Shown: in pieces, positions 1-8,013 of the stretch | Layout of the letters: each line of letters starts with the position of its first letter | Numbering within the stretch: position 1 is the stretch's first letter | Assembly (NCBI GenBank): GCA_040768165.1 | Contig: JAXGNH010000010.1 | Coordinates: 120,590-184,589, forward strand | Source of the DNA: Anaerolineae bacterium | GTDB lineage: Bacteria; Chloroflexota; Anaerolineae; UBA1429 | Direction: 5' to 3' | Length of the DNA stretch: 64,000 bases | Translations under genes and position numbers: made by a program | The notes under the pieces: generated by a model | The model's input: the letters and a program-made list of their open reading frames with translations, nothing else | What the model was told of the DNA's origin: nothing | Database searches by the model: none

Positions 1-599
1 GACTCGCGCAGCTGCACCGGCTCGTTCTGCGCGTAGCAGATGGCGGCATCCACGCGTCCCTCCACCAGGCTAGCCACCTGGGTGTAGCCGATCACCTGGA
101 GGTTGACCTGGCTGGGCGCGATGCCGGCGGCGTCGAGGAACGCCAACCAGCCGATGTAACTGGCGCCCTCGGCGGCGGGGCTTCCCACCGTCTTGCCGAT
201 GAGGTCCTCGGGGGTGGTGATGCCGCTCTCAGCGAGCGAGACCACGCACACCGGAAAGTGGCGGTACCAGTTGAGGACGTAGGTAACCGGCAGGTCGTTG
301 GCGCGCGCCAGGATGACCTGGTCGCCGTTGGCGATGGCGAACTGCAGGTCGTTGGTGGCCACGCGCTGCAGCAGGTCGGTCTCCATGCCATAGTCGAGGA
401 CGACCTCGATTCCCTCCTCGGCAAAGTAGCCCTTCTCCATGGCCACGTACATGGGCGCGAACTGGACGTTGGGGATGAACCCCATGGCGATGGTGACCTG
501 GTGCGTCTCCCCGGTGGGGCCGGCGCCGGCGCGTGAGGAGCACCCCACGACGGCGAGTACCAGGATCAGGGCGATGCAGGCGAGTGCGCGATGCTTCAT
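1..599 (-). CDS. ABC transporter substrate-binding lipoprotein, NMT1/THI5-SsuA-like (C-terminus runs off the window)
   Basis: Absent from the ORF track because the frame stays open to position 1. My translation from ATG 599..597 gives MKHRALACIALILVLAVVGCSS (signal peptide plus lipobox Cys), then VTIAMGFIPNVQFAPMYVAMEKGYF. RBS GAGGTGGAG lies upstream. The gene sits directly downstream of the permease. Confidence 0.75.
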   Translation of the reverse strand, partial: MKHRALACIALILVLAVVGCSSRAGAGPTGETHQVTIAMGFIPNVQFAPMYVAMEKGYFAEEGIEVVLDYGMETDLLQRVATNDLQFAIANGDQVILARANDLPVTYVLNWYRHFPVCVVSLAESGITTPEDLIGKTVGSPAAEGASYIGWLAFLDAAGIAPSQVNLQVIGYTQVASLVEGRVDAAICYAQNEPVQLRE

Positions 600-623
600 T
601 CTCCACCTCGGTACAAGGATGAT

Positions 624-1451
624 CTATGCCCCTTCCTCGGGCCAGCGCCAGCGCAGGAGCGAGCCCTCGAGGAGTGACACCAACAGATAGAGCGCCAGGG
701 CGATGGCCATGAGGGTGAACAGCGCCACGAACATCAGCGGCGTGTCGAACAGTCCTCTGGCGAGGTTGACGAGAAACCCCAGCCCCCGGTCGGCGCCGAC
801 GAACTCGCCCACCACCGCGCCGATCACCGAGAGGGTTACCCCCACCTTGAGCCCGCCAAAAAGCACGGGGAGTGCCGCCGGCACCTCCAGGTAGCGAAAG
901 ATCTGCCAGCGGGTGGCCTCCAGGGAGCGCATCAGGTCCACGAGGTCGCTGTCGACGCTACGAATGCCCACCACGGTGTTGATCAGCACGGGGAAAAAGA
1001 GGGTCAGGGCGCAGACGAGCACCTTGGAGAGGCTGCCCACGCCGAACCAGATGACCAGCAAGGGGGCCAGCGCCACGATGGGCACCGCCTGCGAGGCGAC
1101 GATGTAGGGGGAGAGGATCCGCTCGAGGGTGCGCGACTTGGCCAGGAGGTACCCCAGCACCAGCGCCACCGAGAGGCCCAGCGCCAGGCCTCCGAACACC
1201 TCGCTCAGAGTGACCAAGACGTGCGCCTGGAGCGTGCCGTCCTGCACCGCCTGCGCGAAACGCGCGGCCACGCGCGCCGGCCCGGGCAGGACAAAGGCAG
1301 GGTATCCACCCCAGCGCACCACCAGATCCCACAGGGCGACAAAGACGAGCAGCGCCACGGGCGTGAGGGCGTGCTGCCAGGAGATGGGGGCTCGGGCGCG
1401 GCGGCGGAGCCGCTGGCCGGCATGGGTTCCGATCGTCCGACTCGTGTGCAT
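624..1451 (-). CDS. ABC transporter permease, NitT/TauT (SsuC/TauC-like) family
   Basis: ORF 624..1496. Multi-TM protein with the EAA-like loop region LMRSLEATRWQIFRYLEVPAALP. I place the start at ATG 1451 (MHTSRT), but it is uncertain because there is no SD and a terminator abuts it. Confidence 0.8.
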   Translation of the reverse strand: MHTSRTIGTHAGQRLRRRARAPISWQHALTPVALLVFVALWDLVVRWGGYPAFVLPGPARVAARFAQAVQDGTLQAHVLVTLSEVFGGLALGLSVALVLGYLLAKSRTLERILSPYIVASQAVPIVALAPLLVIWFGVGSLSKVLVCALTLFFPVLINTVVGIRSVDSDLVDLMRSLEATRWQIFRYLEVPAALPVLFGGLKVGVTLSVIGAVVGEFVGADRGLGFLVNLARGLFDTPLMFVALFTLMAIALALYLLVSLLEGSLLRWRWPEEGA

Positions 1452-1482
1452 AAGAAAAACCCCGTGCTGAACAGCAACGGGG
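1452..1482 (-). terminator. Intrinsic terminator-like hairpin plus U-tract immediately 5' of the permease start codon
   Basis: Minus strand reads ccccgttgctgttcagcacgggg followed by tttttctt and then ATG. Confidence 0.6.
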
Positions 1483-1675
1483 CTTGCCCTTACCACGTGG
1501 AGTGGGAATGCGGCCTTCTTTCATCCGGACTATACCGTCGGCTCCAGCGTCACTGGATCTGCCATTACTGGCTCGCGGGCTGGGCGGCTCACGCCGCCAC
1601 ACCGCCGATCGGGAATTGGCCCCTGAGGGAGCCTCACCCTGCCCCGAAGGCTGTTCGATTGTGAAATCTGGCTCG

Positions 1676-1704
1676 ATTATACGCCGACGTGGCGGGAGTG
1701 TCAA
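1676..1704 (-). promoter_or_regulatory. Consensus sigma70 promoter (TTGACA-17-TATAAT) for the ABC importer operon
   Basis: Minus strand reads ttgaca ctcccgccacgtcggcg tataat. Both hexamers are perfect and the spacer is 17 nt. Confidence 0.7.
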
Positions 1705-1713
1705 GCCATGAGC

Positions 1714-1801
1714 GGAGGTTGCAGGGCGACAGGTTGCAGGTTACAGGCTTCAGGGAATGGCCTCGCCAGAGCCTGTAACCTGCAACCTGTCACCTGTCAC
1801 C
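1714..1801. repeat. Family A palindromic element (CAGGTNN heptamer arms)
   Basis: gacaggttgcaggttacaggct ... agcctgtaacctgcaacctgtc inverted arms. Confidence 0.85.
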
Positions 1802-1939
1802 CCGCTTTCCGGCCGCCACGCGCGAGGCCGAGTTCCGCCCACACTTGACCCCCTTCTGTCGCCATGCTATCATCGTGCCGCTTGCGGGAGGACACGCCGC
1901 AGACGGGCCGATGCACCCAGATCACCTGCAGGGGGCCTC

Positions 1940-2143
1940 ATGTTCAAGATATTCAAGTATCTGTTCGGCTTGTGGGTGGGGGCCAACATCATCGCGGCGC
2001 CGGTCGCTTGGCTGGTGCTGTACGTGATGGTGGGCAAGGTGCCCATGCCGCACAAGACAGGGCTGAGGCTCATGACCGTGGGCGAAGCCACCGACCACGT
2101 CCGCAGCCTCGTCGCGAAAGGAGTGGCGACCTACCATGGGTAG
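1940..2143 (+). CDS. Small hydrophobic membrane protein (hypothetical)
   Basis: ATG at 1940 inside ORF 1757..2143. MFKIFKYLFGLWVGANIIAAPVAWLVLYVMV is one TM helix. Its stop overlaps the next start (ATGGGTAG). Confidence 0.45.
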   Translation: MFKIFKYLFGLWVGANIIAAPVAWLVLYVMVGKVPMPHKTGLRLMTVGEATDHVRSLVAKGVATYHG

Positions 2144-2405
2144 TTCCTTCAGGCGCGGGTTCATCACTGGGCTACTGGGGCCGCTGGCGTTTCTCGTCGC
2201 CCTGGTGGCGTGGATCTATCGCAGCACCGGCAGGCTCCCCTTCCCGGTCAAGAGCGAGAATCAGGGAGAGTTGCTCATCGCCCTCGTGCCGCCCGAGGAC
2301 GTGAACACACACTGGCAGGTGTGGCGGCAGGAACTGGCGCCCGCCGTGACCAAGGTGCGCGAGTTGTACGAGGATGTGCGCGACACCTTTCTCAGCAACG
2401 CCTGA
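2136..2405 (+). CDS. Small membrane protein (hypothetical)
   Basis: ORF 2136..2405 with an N-terminal TM helix (GLLGPLAFLVALVAWIY). Translationally coupled to the preceding small ORF. Confidence 0.5.
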   Translation: MGSSFRRGFITGLLGPLAFLVALVAWIYRSTGRLPFPVKSENQGELLIALVPPEDVNTHWQVWRQELAPAVTKVRELYEDVRDTFLSNA

Positions 2406-2439
2406 GTGGCTGCGGGACACTGAGCAGATGAACGTCAAC

Positions 2440-2463
2440 GAGGCGGGCCTTTCGGCCCGCCTC
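2440..2463. terminator. GC hairpin between convergent genes (terminator-like, no clear U-tract)
   Basis: gaggcgggcc tttc ggcccgcctc, a perfect 10-bp stem. Confidence 0.4.
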
Positions 2464-2504
2464 GCGTCGTATGTCCGGCTGTGACGGTCGACGGCGTCAA
2501 CCGT

Positions 2505-3218
2505 CTAGGCGCGTCCCCACTTTTCGTAGGCGTCCTTGAACGACATCCCCTTGGCAAAGTCCTCGCGCATCCCCTGCTCGCGGCGCTCGATCTCTTCGGC
2601 CTTGATGAGGGCCTCCATGGCGATCTCTTGCGGCACGACGATGACGCCGTCCTGCTCGGCGATGATCCAGTCGCCCGGCGCCACGCGCACCTGGCTCGTG
2701 AGGGTGCCGGGCATGGCGATGGGCACGTTCGCGGCCTGGATGCTCCAGCGGCCGGCCGACTCGATGGGTGACGTGCCTCGGGCACACACGGTATAGCCGG
2801 GGATGACCTCGAGCCCCCAGCTATCGCGGATAAAGCCGTCGAGCACGATCCCCTTGGCGCCCGACTGCATCAGGTGCCAACTCGTCATCTCGCCGAACTT
2901 GCCCGTCCAGCGCTCGCCGCCGCTATCGACGACCACCACGCAGCCGGGATAGTACAAGTCGCGAGGCCGCACCATGGCGTTGGTGGCCTCGTTCTTGGCG
3001 GCCTCGATCTCCTCACGCGTGCGGGGGTCACGGCCGCCGCGCAGCGTCACCACCTTGCCCGCCAGATGGGTATGGGGGAAGAGGGGACGGATCCCCAGAT
3101 CGAGGCACTGGTTGGGGTACCCCATCGGATCAAGGGTGTCGTAGAGGTTGGCGACCCGGATCTTGTCCCAGCGCGCCTGCAGTTCGAGAACGGAATAGTC
3201 CTTCTCACTCTCCGCCAT
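2505..3218 (-). CDS. RraA-family protein (4-hydroxy-4-methyl-2-oxoglutarate aldolase / RraA-like)
   Basis: ORF 2505..3287. I place the start at ATG 3218 (MAESEK), preceded by GGAGGA. Resembles the RraA/DlpA family (GEMTSWHLMQSGAKGIVLDGFIRD). Confidence 0.65.
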   Translation of the reverse strand: MAESEKDYSVLELQARWDKIRVANLYDTLDPMGYPNQCLDLGIRPLFPHTHLAGKVVTLRGGRDPRTREEIEAAKNEATNAMVRPRDLYYPGCVVVVDSGGERWTGKFGEMTSWHLMQSGAKGIVLDGFIRDSWGLEVIPGYTVCARGTSPIESAGRWSIQAANVPIAMPGTLTSQVRVAPGDWIIAEQDGVIVVPQEIAMEALIKAEEIERREQGMREDFAKGMSFKDAYEKWGRA

Positions 3219-3294
3219 GCCGATCCTCCAGATGATGTGTGGTAGGCCGTGCCAGGGAGGGCACGGCGCGCGGCCGGAGACGCTCACTGGGGCG

Positions 3295-3324
3295 AGTCTA
3301 GCCGAGGTGCGACAACGCTGTCAA
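3295..3324 (-). promoter_or_regulatory. Candidate promoter TTGACA-18-TAGACT
   Basis: Minus strand reads ttgaca gcgttgtcgcacctcggc tagact, upstream of the RraA-like gene. Confidence 0.45.
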
Positions 3325-3340
3325 ACGACGCGGGCGGGTC

Positions 3341-3537
3341 CCGGTTGCGGGTTCCGGGTTTCGGGTTATGTATTGTGGGTTGTGGGTTACTGGAGTCGCG
3401 CGCCGGTCGGATGACGGTTACAGGTTCCAGGTTGCAGGTACCAGGCAAGCGTGGGGTCACTCGCTAGAGTCTGGAACCTGTCACCTGGGACCTGCAACGC
3501 CCGGCTCTAGTAACCCACAACCCACAACGCACAACCC
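3341..3537. repeat. Family A nested palindrome (GGGTTNN outer arms, CAGGTNN inner arms)
   Basis: Outer arms are gggttccgggtttcgggttat..gtgggttgtgggttac versus gtaacccacaacccacaacgcacaaccc. Inner arms are 3417-3445 versus 3471-3497. Confidence 0.9.
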
Positions 3538-3548
3538 TCCACCGGGTG

Positions 3549-3557
3549 TGCTATAAT
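3549..3557 (+). promoter_or_regulatory. Extended -10 promoter element TGcTATAAT
   Basis: tgctataat lies 41 nt upstream of the GTG start of the GH38 gene. There is no good -35. Confidence 0.45.
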
Positions 3558-3597
3558 GTGCGCAGACGCACGCTGCGAGCGGAAAGGGGAGGGACGC

Positions 3598-6096
3598 GTG
3601 AGCGAGGACGATCGGCAGGTTATCGTCCACATGGTCGGCAACGCCCACATCGATCCAATCTGGCTGTGGACGGTGGAGGAGGGGCGCGAGGAGGTGCTGG
3701 CGTCGTACCGCACCGCCGTCAGCCTCCTGCGCGAGTTCGATGGATACGTGTTTACCAGCGGCGCCACCGTCACCTATCGCTGGGTGGCCGAGGACGACCC
3801 CGCGCTGTTCGAGGAGATTCGCGCTGCGGTGGCCGCCGGGCGCTGGAATCTGGTGACGGGCTGGTGGGTGCAGCCGGACTGCAACCTCCCCTCGGGCGAG
3901 TCGTTCGCCCGGCACGCCCTCTATGGCCAGCGCTACCTCGAGGCGGTGTTCGGCCGTCGCGCGCGGGTGGGATACGCCGTGGACTCGTTCGGGCACGCCG
4001 GCACGCTGCCGCAACTCCTCGCGCTGGGCGGGCTGGACAGCTATGTCTTTTTCCGGCCCGGACCCAAGGAAAAGGACCTGCCCGTCGGCCCCTTCTGGTG
4101 GGAGGGGCCCGATGGCAGCCGCGTGCTCGCCTGTCGCCCGCCCCTCCACTATGGTACGCCGGGCGACGTGGACATTGCGGCGCGCATCGAGGCCGCGGCC
4201 GTGGAGGGCGCCACGGATCGCCTCCCCCTCACCATGTGCTTCTATGGCGTGGGCAATCACGGCGGGGGGCCCACCCGCGCCAGCGTGGCCGAGATTGCCG
4301 CGCTCTCGGCTGCCGACGGGGCCGTGCGGCCGATCTTTTCCTCGCCGGAGCGCTACCTAGACGCCGTGCGTGCCCTGCCCGATGCCTGGCCGGTGGTGCG
4401 TGACGATCTGCAGCACCATGCTCGCGGCTGTTACTCGGTGCTCTCGCGGGTAAAGCGGGAGAACCGCCGCGCCGAGGATGCCCTGGTGCGCGCTGAGCGC
4501 CTGGCTGCGCTGGGCGCCGCGGTGGCGGGATCGAACCCCGGCACCGAGCGCCTGCGGAGCGCCTGGGAGGGGGTGCTGTTCAGCCAGTTCCATGACGTGC
4601 TGGCGGGTACCTCCATTCGCGATGCCTACGAGGGCGTGTGGCGCCTGTACGACGCCGCTCAGGAGACCGCCGCGGAGGTCCTCGACGGCGCCCTGGAGGC
4701 GCTGGGCGCTAGGCTGGGCGTCCGCGACCAGGGGCGCCCGCTGATGGTATGGAACCTGCTTCCCTGGGAGCGCAGCGACGTGGTGCGCTTTGCCCTGCGC
4801 ATGGCGGACTGGCGGCATGACCCCTGGGGTAAGCGGTTCCCCGGACAGCCCATCGTGACGGACGCCGAGGGGCGACGCGTGCCGGCCCGCCTGACCGAGG
4901 TGGTGATGGATTACAACACCTACGTGGTGCACGCCGAGGCGCAGATCACGCTGTCGGCGCTCGGCGCGGCGGTCTTTTACGTGGAGGTGCCCGAGATGGC
5001 GCCCCCTACGGAGGAGCCGCCCCGGCCGCAGACCGATACCATCGGCAACGACATGCTGCGCCTGCGCGTGGACGCGGATACGGGGGCCCTGGCCAGCCTG
5101 GTGGACATCGCCTCGGGTCGCGAGTACCTGGCGGGGCCGGCGAGCCTGCCGCTGGTGATCGACGACCCCAGCGACACCTGGAGCCACAACGTGGACGCCT
5201 ACCCGGACGTCATCGGCGCGTTCCGCGCCACGGGGCCGGTGGAACTGGTGGCGGACGATGGCGTGCGTCGCACCCTCCGCGTAGAGAGCGCCTGGGGCCG
5301 CTCGCGTATCACACAGGAGTACACCCTCTACCCCCGCAAGCGCGTCGTGGATGTGACCCTCACCATCGACTGGCACGAGCAGCTCAAAATGCTCAAGCTA
5401 GCTTTCCCGCTGGCGCTCTCGGGGACGCGCGTCACTGCCTCGGCGCCCTATGGATGGGTCGAGCGCCAGGCCGATGGACAGGAGGAACCCTGTCAGTCGT
5501 GGGTGGACGTGAGCGGCGAGGGCCCGGAGGGGGCGCTGGGCGTCTGCTTTATCAATGATAGCAAGTACGGCTATGACGTGCTGGACAACACCTTTCGCCT
5601 GAGCGTACTGCGCAGCCCCATCTATGCCTTTCACGTCCCGCGCATGATGGTGCCCGGCGTCACCTACCCCTACATCGACCAGGGACGGCAGGTGGTGCGG
5701 CTGCGGCTGCTGCCGCACGACGGCGAGTGGCGGGCGGTGCATCCGGTGCGCCAGAGCGAGGCGCTGCACCATCCGTTCATCCCGCGGTGGGTCGCGCCGC
5801 GCTCCGGCACGCGGCACAGCCTGTCCCTGCTGCGCGTCTCGCCGGAGGACGTGGTGCTCACCGTGGCCAAAATGGCCGAGGACGGCGAGCGCCTCATCGT
5901 GCGCGGTTACGAGACGGCGGGGCGGCCGGCGAGGGTCGTGATCGCATCCGCGGCCCTGGGACATACCTGGACCCACGCCGTACGGCCCCACGAGGTGTGG
6001 ACGCTGGCCCTGCCCCTGGACGGCGGGGCGCCCGTCCCACTGAATCTGCTGGAGGAGCCGCTGGCGGACGCGCGGCCCGCCGACGCGCAACCCTGA
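3598..6096 (+). CDS. GH38 alpha-mannosidase
   Basis: ORF 3556..6096. GTG 3598 is preceded by GGGGAGGG. N-terminal signature HMVGNAHIDPIWLWTVEEGREEV and DSFGHAGTLPQLL are typical of GH38. Confidence 0.85.
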   Translation: MSEDDRQVIVHMVGNAHIDPIWLWTVEEGREEVLASYRTAVSLLREFDGYVFTSGATVTYRWVAEDDPALFEEIRAAVAAGRWNLVTGWWVQPDCNLPSGESFARHALYGQRYLEAVFGRRARVGYAVDSFGHAGTLPQLLALGGLDSYVFFRPGPKEKDLPVGPFWWEGPDGSRVLACRPPLHYGTPGDVDIAARIEAAAVEGATDRLPLTMCFYGVGNHGGGPTRASVAEIAALSAADGAVRPIFSSPERYLDAVRALPDAWPVVRDDLQHHARGCYSVLSRVKRENRRAEDALVRAERLAALGAAVAGSNPGTERLRSAWEGVLFSQFHDVLAGTSIRDAYEGVWRLYDAAQETAAEVLDGALEALGARLGVRDQGRPLMVWNLLPWERSDVVRFALRMADWRHDPWGKRFPGQPIVTDAEGRRVPARLTEVVMDYNTYVVHAEAQITLSALGAAVFYVEVPEMAPPTEEPPRPQTDTIGNDMLRLRVDADTGALASLVDIASGREYLAGPASLPLVIDDPSDTWSHNVDAYPDVIGAFRATGPVELVADDGVRRTLRVESAWGRSRITQEYTLYPRKRVVDVTLTIDWHEQLKMLKLAFPLALSGTRVTASAPYGWVERQADGQEEPCQSWVDVSGEGPEGALGVCFINDSKYGYDVLDNTFRLSVLRSPIYAFHVPRMMVPGVTYPYIDQGRQVVRLRLLPHDGEWRAVHPVRQSEALHHPFIPRWVAPRSGTRHSLSLLRVSPEDVVLTVAKMAEDGERLIVRGYETAGRPARVVIASAALGHTWTHAVRPHEVWTLALPLDGGAPVPLNLLEEPLADARPADAQP

Positions 6097-6154
6097 CGCC
6101 CCCGATCGTGTCCTATGAGCAAGGGGACGGCCTGCCGTCCCTTGAGGAGGCCCG

Positions 6155-6601
6155 ATGACGCTTTCTCCGTACGCCATCATCCTGATACCCTTCGCCGCAC
6201 TGCTGGTGGTCCTGGGGTTCGTCACGCTGAACCGCTATATCGCCTACAAGGAGCGCGTCGAACTGGCCCGCCTGGGGTTCTCCCTGGAGGACCTGAACCG
6301 AGACGCGGCCGCCAAGCGGCACGGCCATCGCGGCGTGTTGTGGGGCGGTGTCATGACCGCCATGAGCGGCCTGGCGCTGCTCCTCGGCCTGTCGACGCTG
6401 GGGATGGGCGCCTGGCTGCTGGGGGGGTTGCTGCCGCTCTTTGTGGGCCTCGGCATGGTGTTCATCTACTTCAACACCTCGGGGGCCGCGCCGGGTCCGT
6501 CGGTGGAACGCGACGAACCGCCTTTGGACGGGGGCGCGGAGGTCAATCCCTTTGTCACCGAGAGTGAGAAAGCGCGGAACGACGGGCCTGACGTCCGCTG
6601 A
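6155..6601 (+). CDS. Membrane protein, unknown function
   Basis: ORF with about 4 TM segments. RBS GAGGAGG. Its stop overlaps the sigma-factor start (TGATG). Confidence 0.55.
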   Translation: MTLSPYAIILIPFAALLVVLGFVTLNRYIAYKERVELARLGFSLEDLNRDAAAKRHGHRGVLWGGVMTAMSGLALLLGLSTLGMGAWLLGGLLPLFVGLGMVFIYFNTSGAAPGPSVERDEPPLDGGAEVNPFVTESEKARNDGPDVR

Positions 6602-7224
6602 TGGCGCGAGCGGAACGCGCCCCGGCGAGCGCCGCGCCTCCGGGGGCAGGGGCCGTGGATGATCCCCTGGCCGCCCTGGTGGAGCGCTGCCGTCACGGCG
6701 ACATGGAGGCCTTTGAGCGCGTGGTGGCCGAGACGCAGAGTGGCGTCTACAATCTGGCCTACAGCCTCCTCGGCAACCACGAGGAGGCGCAGGACGCCAC
6801 GCAAGAGATCTATGTGCGGGTGTGGCGCGCCCTCCCGAGCTTTCGTGGTGATGCCCGCCTGACCACGTGGCTCTATCGCATCGCCGTGAACAGCTGCCTC
6901 AACCGGCGGCGCAGGCTCAAGGGGCGTATGGCCGAGGTGGAGGACGATGGCATCCTGGAGCGTCTCGAGTCTTCGGAGGCGGACCCCGCCGATGTCGCCA
7001 TCCAGAACGACCGCAACCGCACGCTCTGGGCGGCGGTGAGGCGCCTTCCCGCCAAGTATCAGACGGTGATCCACCTCTTCTATCAACAGCAGTTGACGTA
7101 CGACGAGATGGCCGAGGTGCTGGCCATGCCGTTGGGCACGATCAAGGCGCAGCTAAACCGTGCTCGACATGCCCTGGCGGATATGCTTTACTCCGGGCAG
7201 AAGGAACAACGCGATGCAGTGTGA
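6601..7224 (+). CDS. ECF-subfamily RNA polymerase sigma-70 factor
   Basis: Region 2 (EAQDATQEIYVRVWRAL..WLYRIAVNSCLNRRR) and region 4 (LTYDEMAEVLAMPLGTIKAQLNRAR). Confidence 0.9.
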   Translation: MARAERAPASAAPPGAGAVDDPLAALVERCRHGDMEAFERVVAETQSGVYNLAYSLLGNHEEAQDATQEIYVRVWRALPSFRGDARLTTWLYRIAVNSCLNRRRRLKGRMAEVEDDGILERLESSEADPADVAIQNDRNRTLWAAVRRLPAKYQTVIHLFYQQQLTYDEMAEVLAMPLGTIKAQLNRARHALADMLYSGQKEQRDAV

Positions 7225-7822
7225 TCAGGTACAACCCAGACTGAGCGAATACATTGCCGACATGGCGTCGGGAAGGGGTGGGGGCGCGTCATATGACGCC
7301 GACGCGCTGGAGAGGCACCTCGCCGAGTGCCCGGCGTGTCGCGCCGAGGCGGAGCGCCTGCGCTACGTCGAGGAGGCGCTGTGGAGCTACCCCGGCGTGA
7401 CGCCGCCCGCCACCCTGACGGCCGACGTCATGCGGCGCGTGGCCCTCGAGCACCCGGCGCCCGAGGAAGCATGGCGCGTGCTCCCCTGGGACGTGTGGGT
7501 GCCCGCGGTGGCGTTCCTCCTGGCGCTGCTGGTGGCCGTGGCCTCCATCCCGCCACACATGTTGCCCATGGTGCCGGGCCAGGAGATTGGCGGCACCGTC
7601 GCCTCCTGGTCCGAGCAGGTGAACGTCTTCCTGACGCCGCTGCAGGGGCCGGTGCAGGGCGGGCTGCTGTGGTCCGTCCTGGCGGCCATCCTGGCGACCA
7701 CCGCCGGCCTCGGCCTCAGCCTTGCCCTCAGCGAGTGGTCGTCCGACGAGGTGAGCGCCATGGAATCGCGCGTCACCGACGCCGCCTCGCGCCTCTGGAA
7801 CACCGCAAGACGGGCACACTAG
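7214..7822 (+). CDS. Anti-sigma factor, zf-HC2 type, membrane-anchored
   Basis: ATG 7214 (MQCDQVQPRLSEY) overlaps the sigma gene by 11 nt. H-x3-C-x2-C motif HLAECPACRAE, with TM helices downstream. Confidence 0.75.
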   Translation: MQCDQVQPRLSEYIADMASGRGGGASYDADALERHLAECPACRAEAERLRYVEEALWSYPGVTPPATLTADVMRRVALEHPAPEEAWRVLPWDVWVPAVAFLLALLVAVASIPPHMLPMVPGQEIGGTVASWSEQVNVFLTPLQGPVQGGLLWSVLAAILATTAGLGLSLALSEWSSDEVSAMESRVTDAASRLWNTARRAH

Positions 7823-7831
7823 CGAACTCTC

Positions 7832-7929
7832 GGAACGCGGATGAACGCGGATCATACGGATCAACGCGGATTCTCTACTATATGATCCTATCCGTGTTAG
7901 TCCGCATAATCCGTGTTCATCCGCGTTCC
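7832..7929. repeat. Family B palindromic element (NNACGCGGAT decamer arms)
   Basis: ggaacgcggatgaacgcggatcatacggatcaacgcggat ... atccgtgttagtccgcataatccgtgttcatccgcgttcc. Confidence 0.9.
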
Positions 7930-7950
7930 GTGTCCCCTCCCCCGTACGAT

Positions 7951-7979
7951 TTGCCCTGAGACGCCATCTCCCGCATACT
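7951..7979 (+). promoter_or_regulatory. Candidate promoter TTGCCC-17-CATACT
   Basis: Upstream of the aconitase gene, with RBS AAGGAG at 8002-8007. Confidence 0.4.
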
Positions 7980-8013
7980 GTGGTGCCATCTGACGGTTCG
8001 ACAAGGAGCATCC

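Noticed and set aside
1452-1670. Assignment of the ABC-operon leader to the TPP or cobalamin riboswitch classes.
   Set aside because: I could not find the conserved cores (CUGAGA plus ACCUGAUCUGGAUAAUGCCAGCG, or the B12 box/GGGAA..GGUG) on either strand. It is kept only as an unclassified candidate.
3343-3386. G-quadruplex potential of the GGGTTNN outer arms.
   Set aside because: Only three GGG runs have short (4-nt) loops here, and the fourth is 11 nt away. Other copies are more degenerate (GCG/GTG replacing GGG). This is not a robust G4 motif without experimental data.
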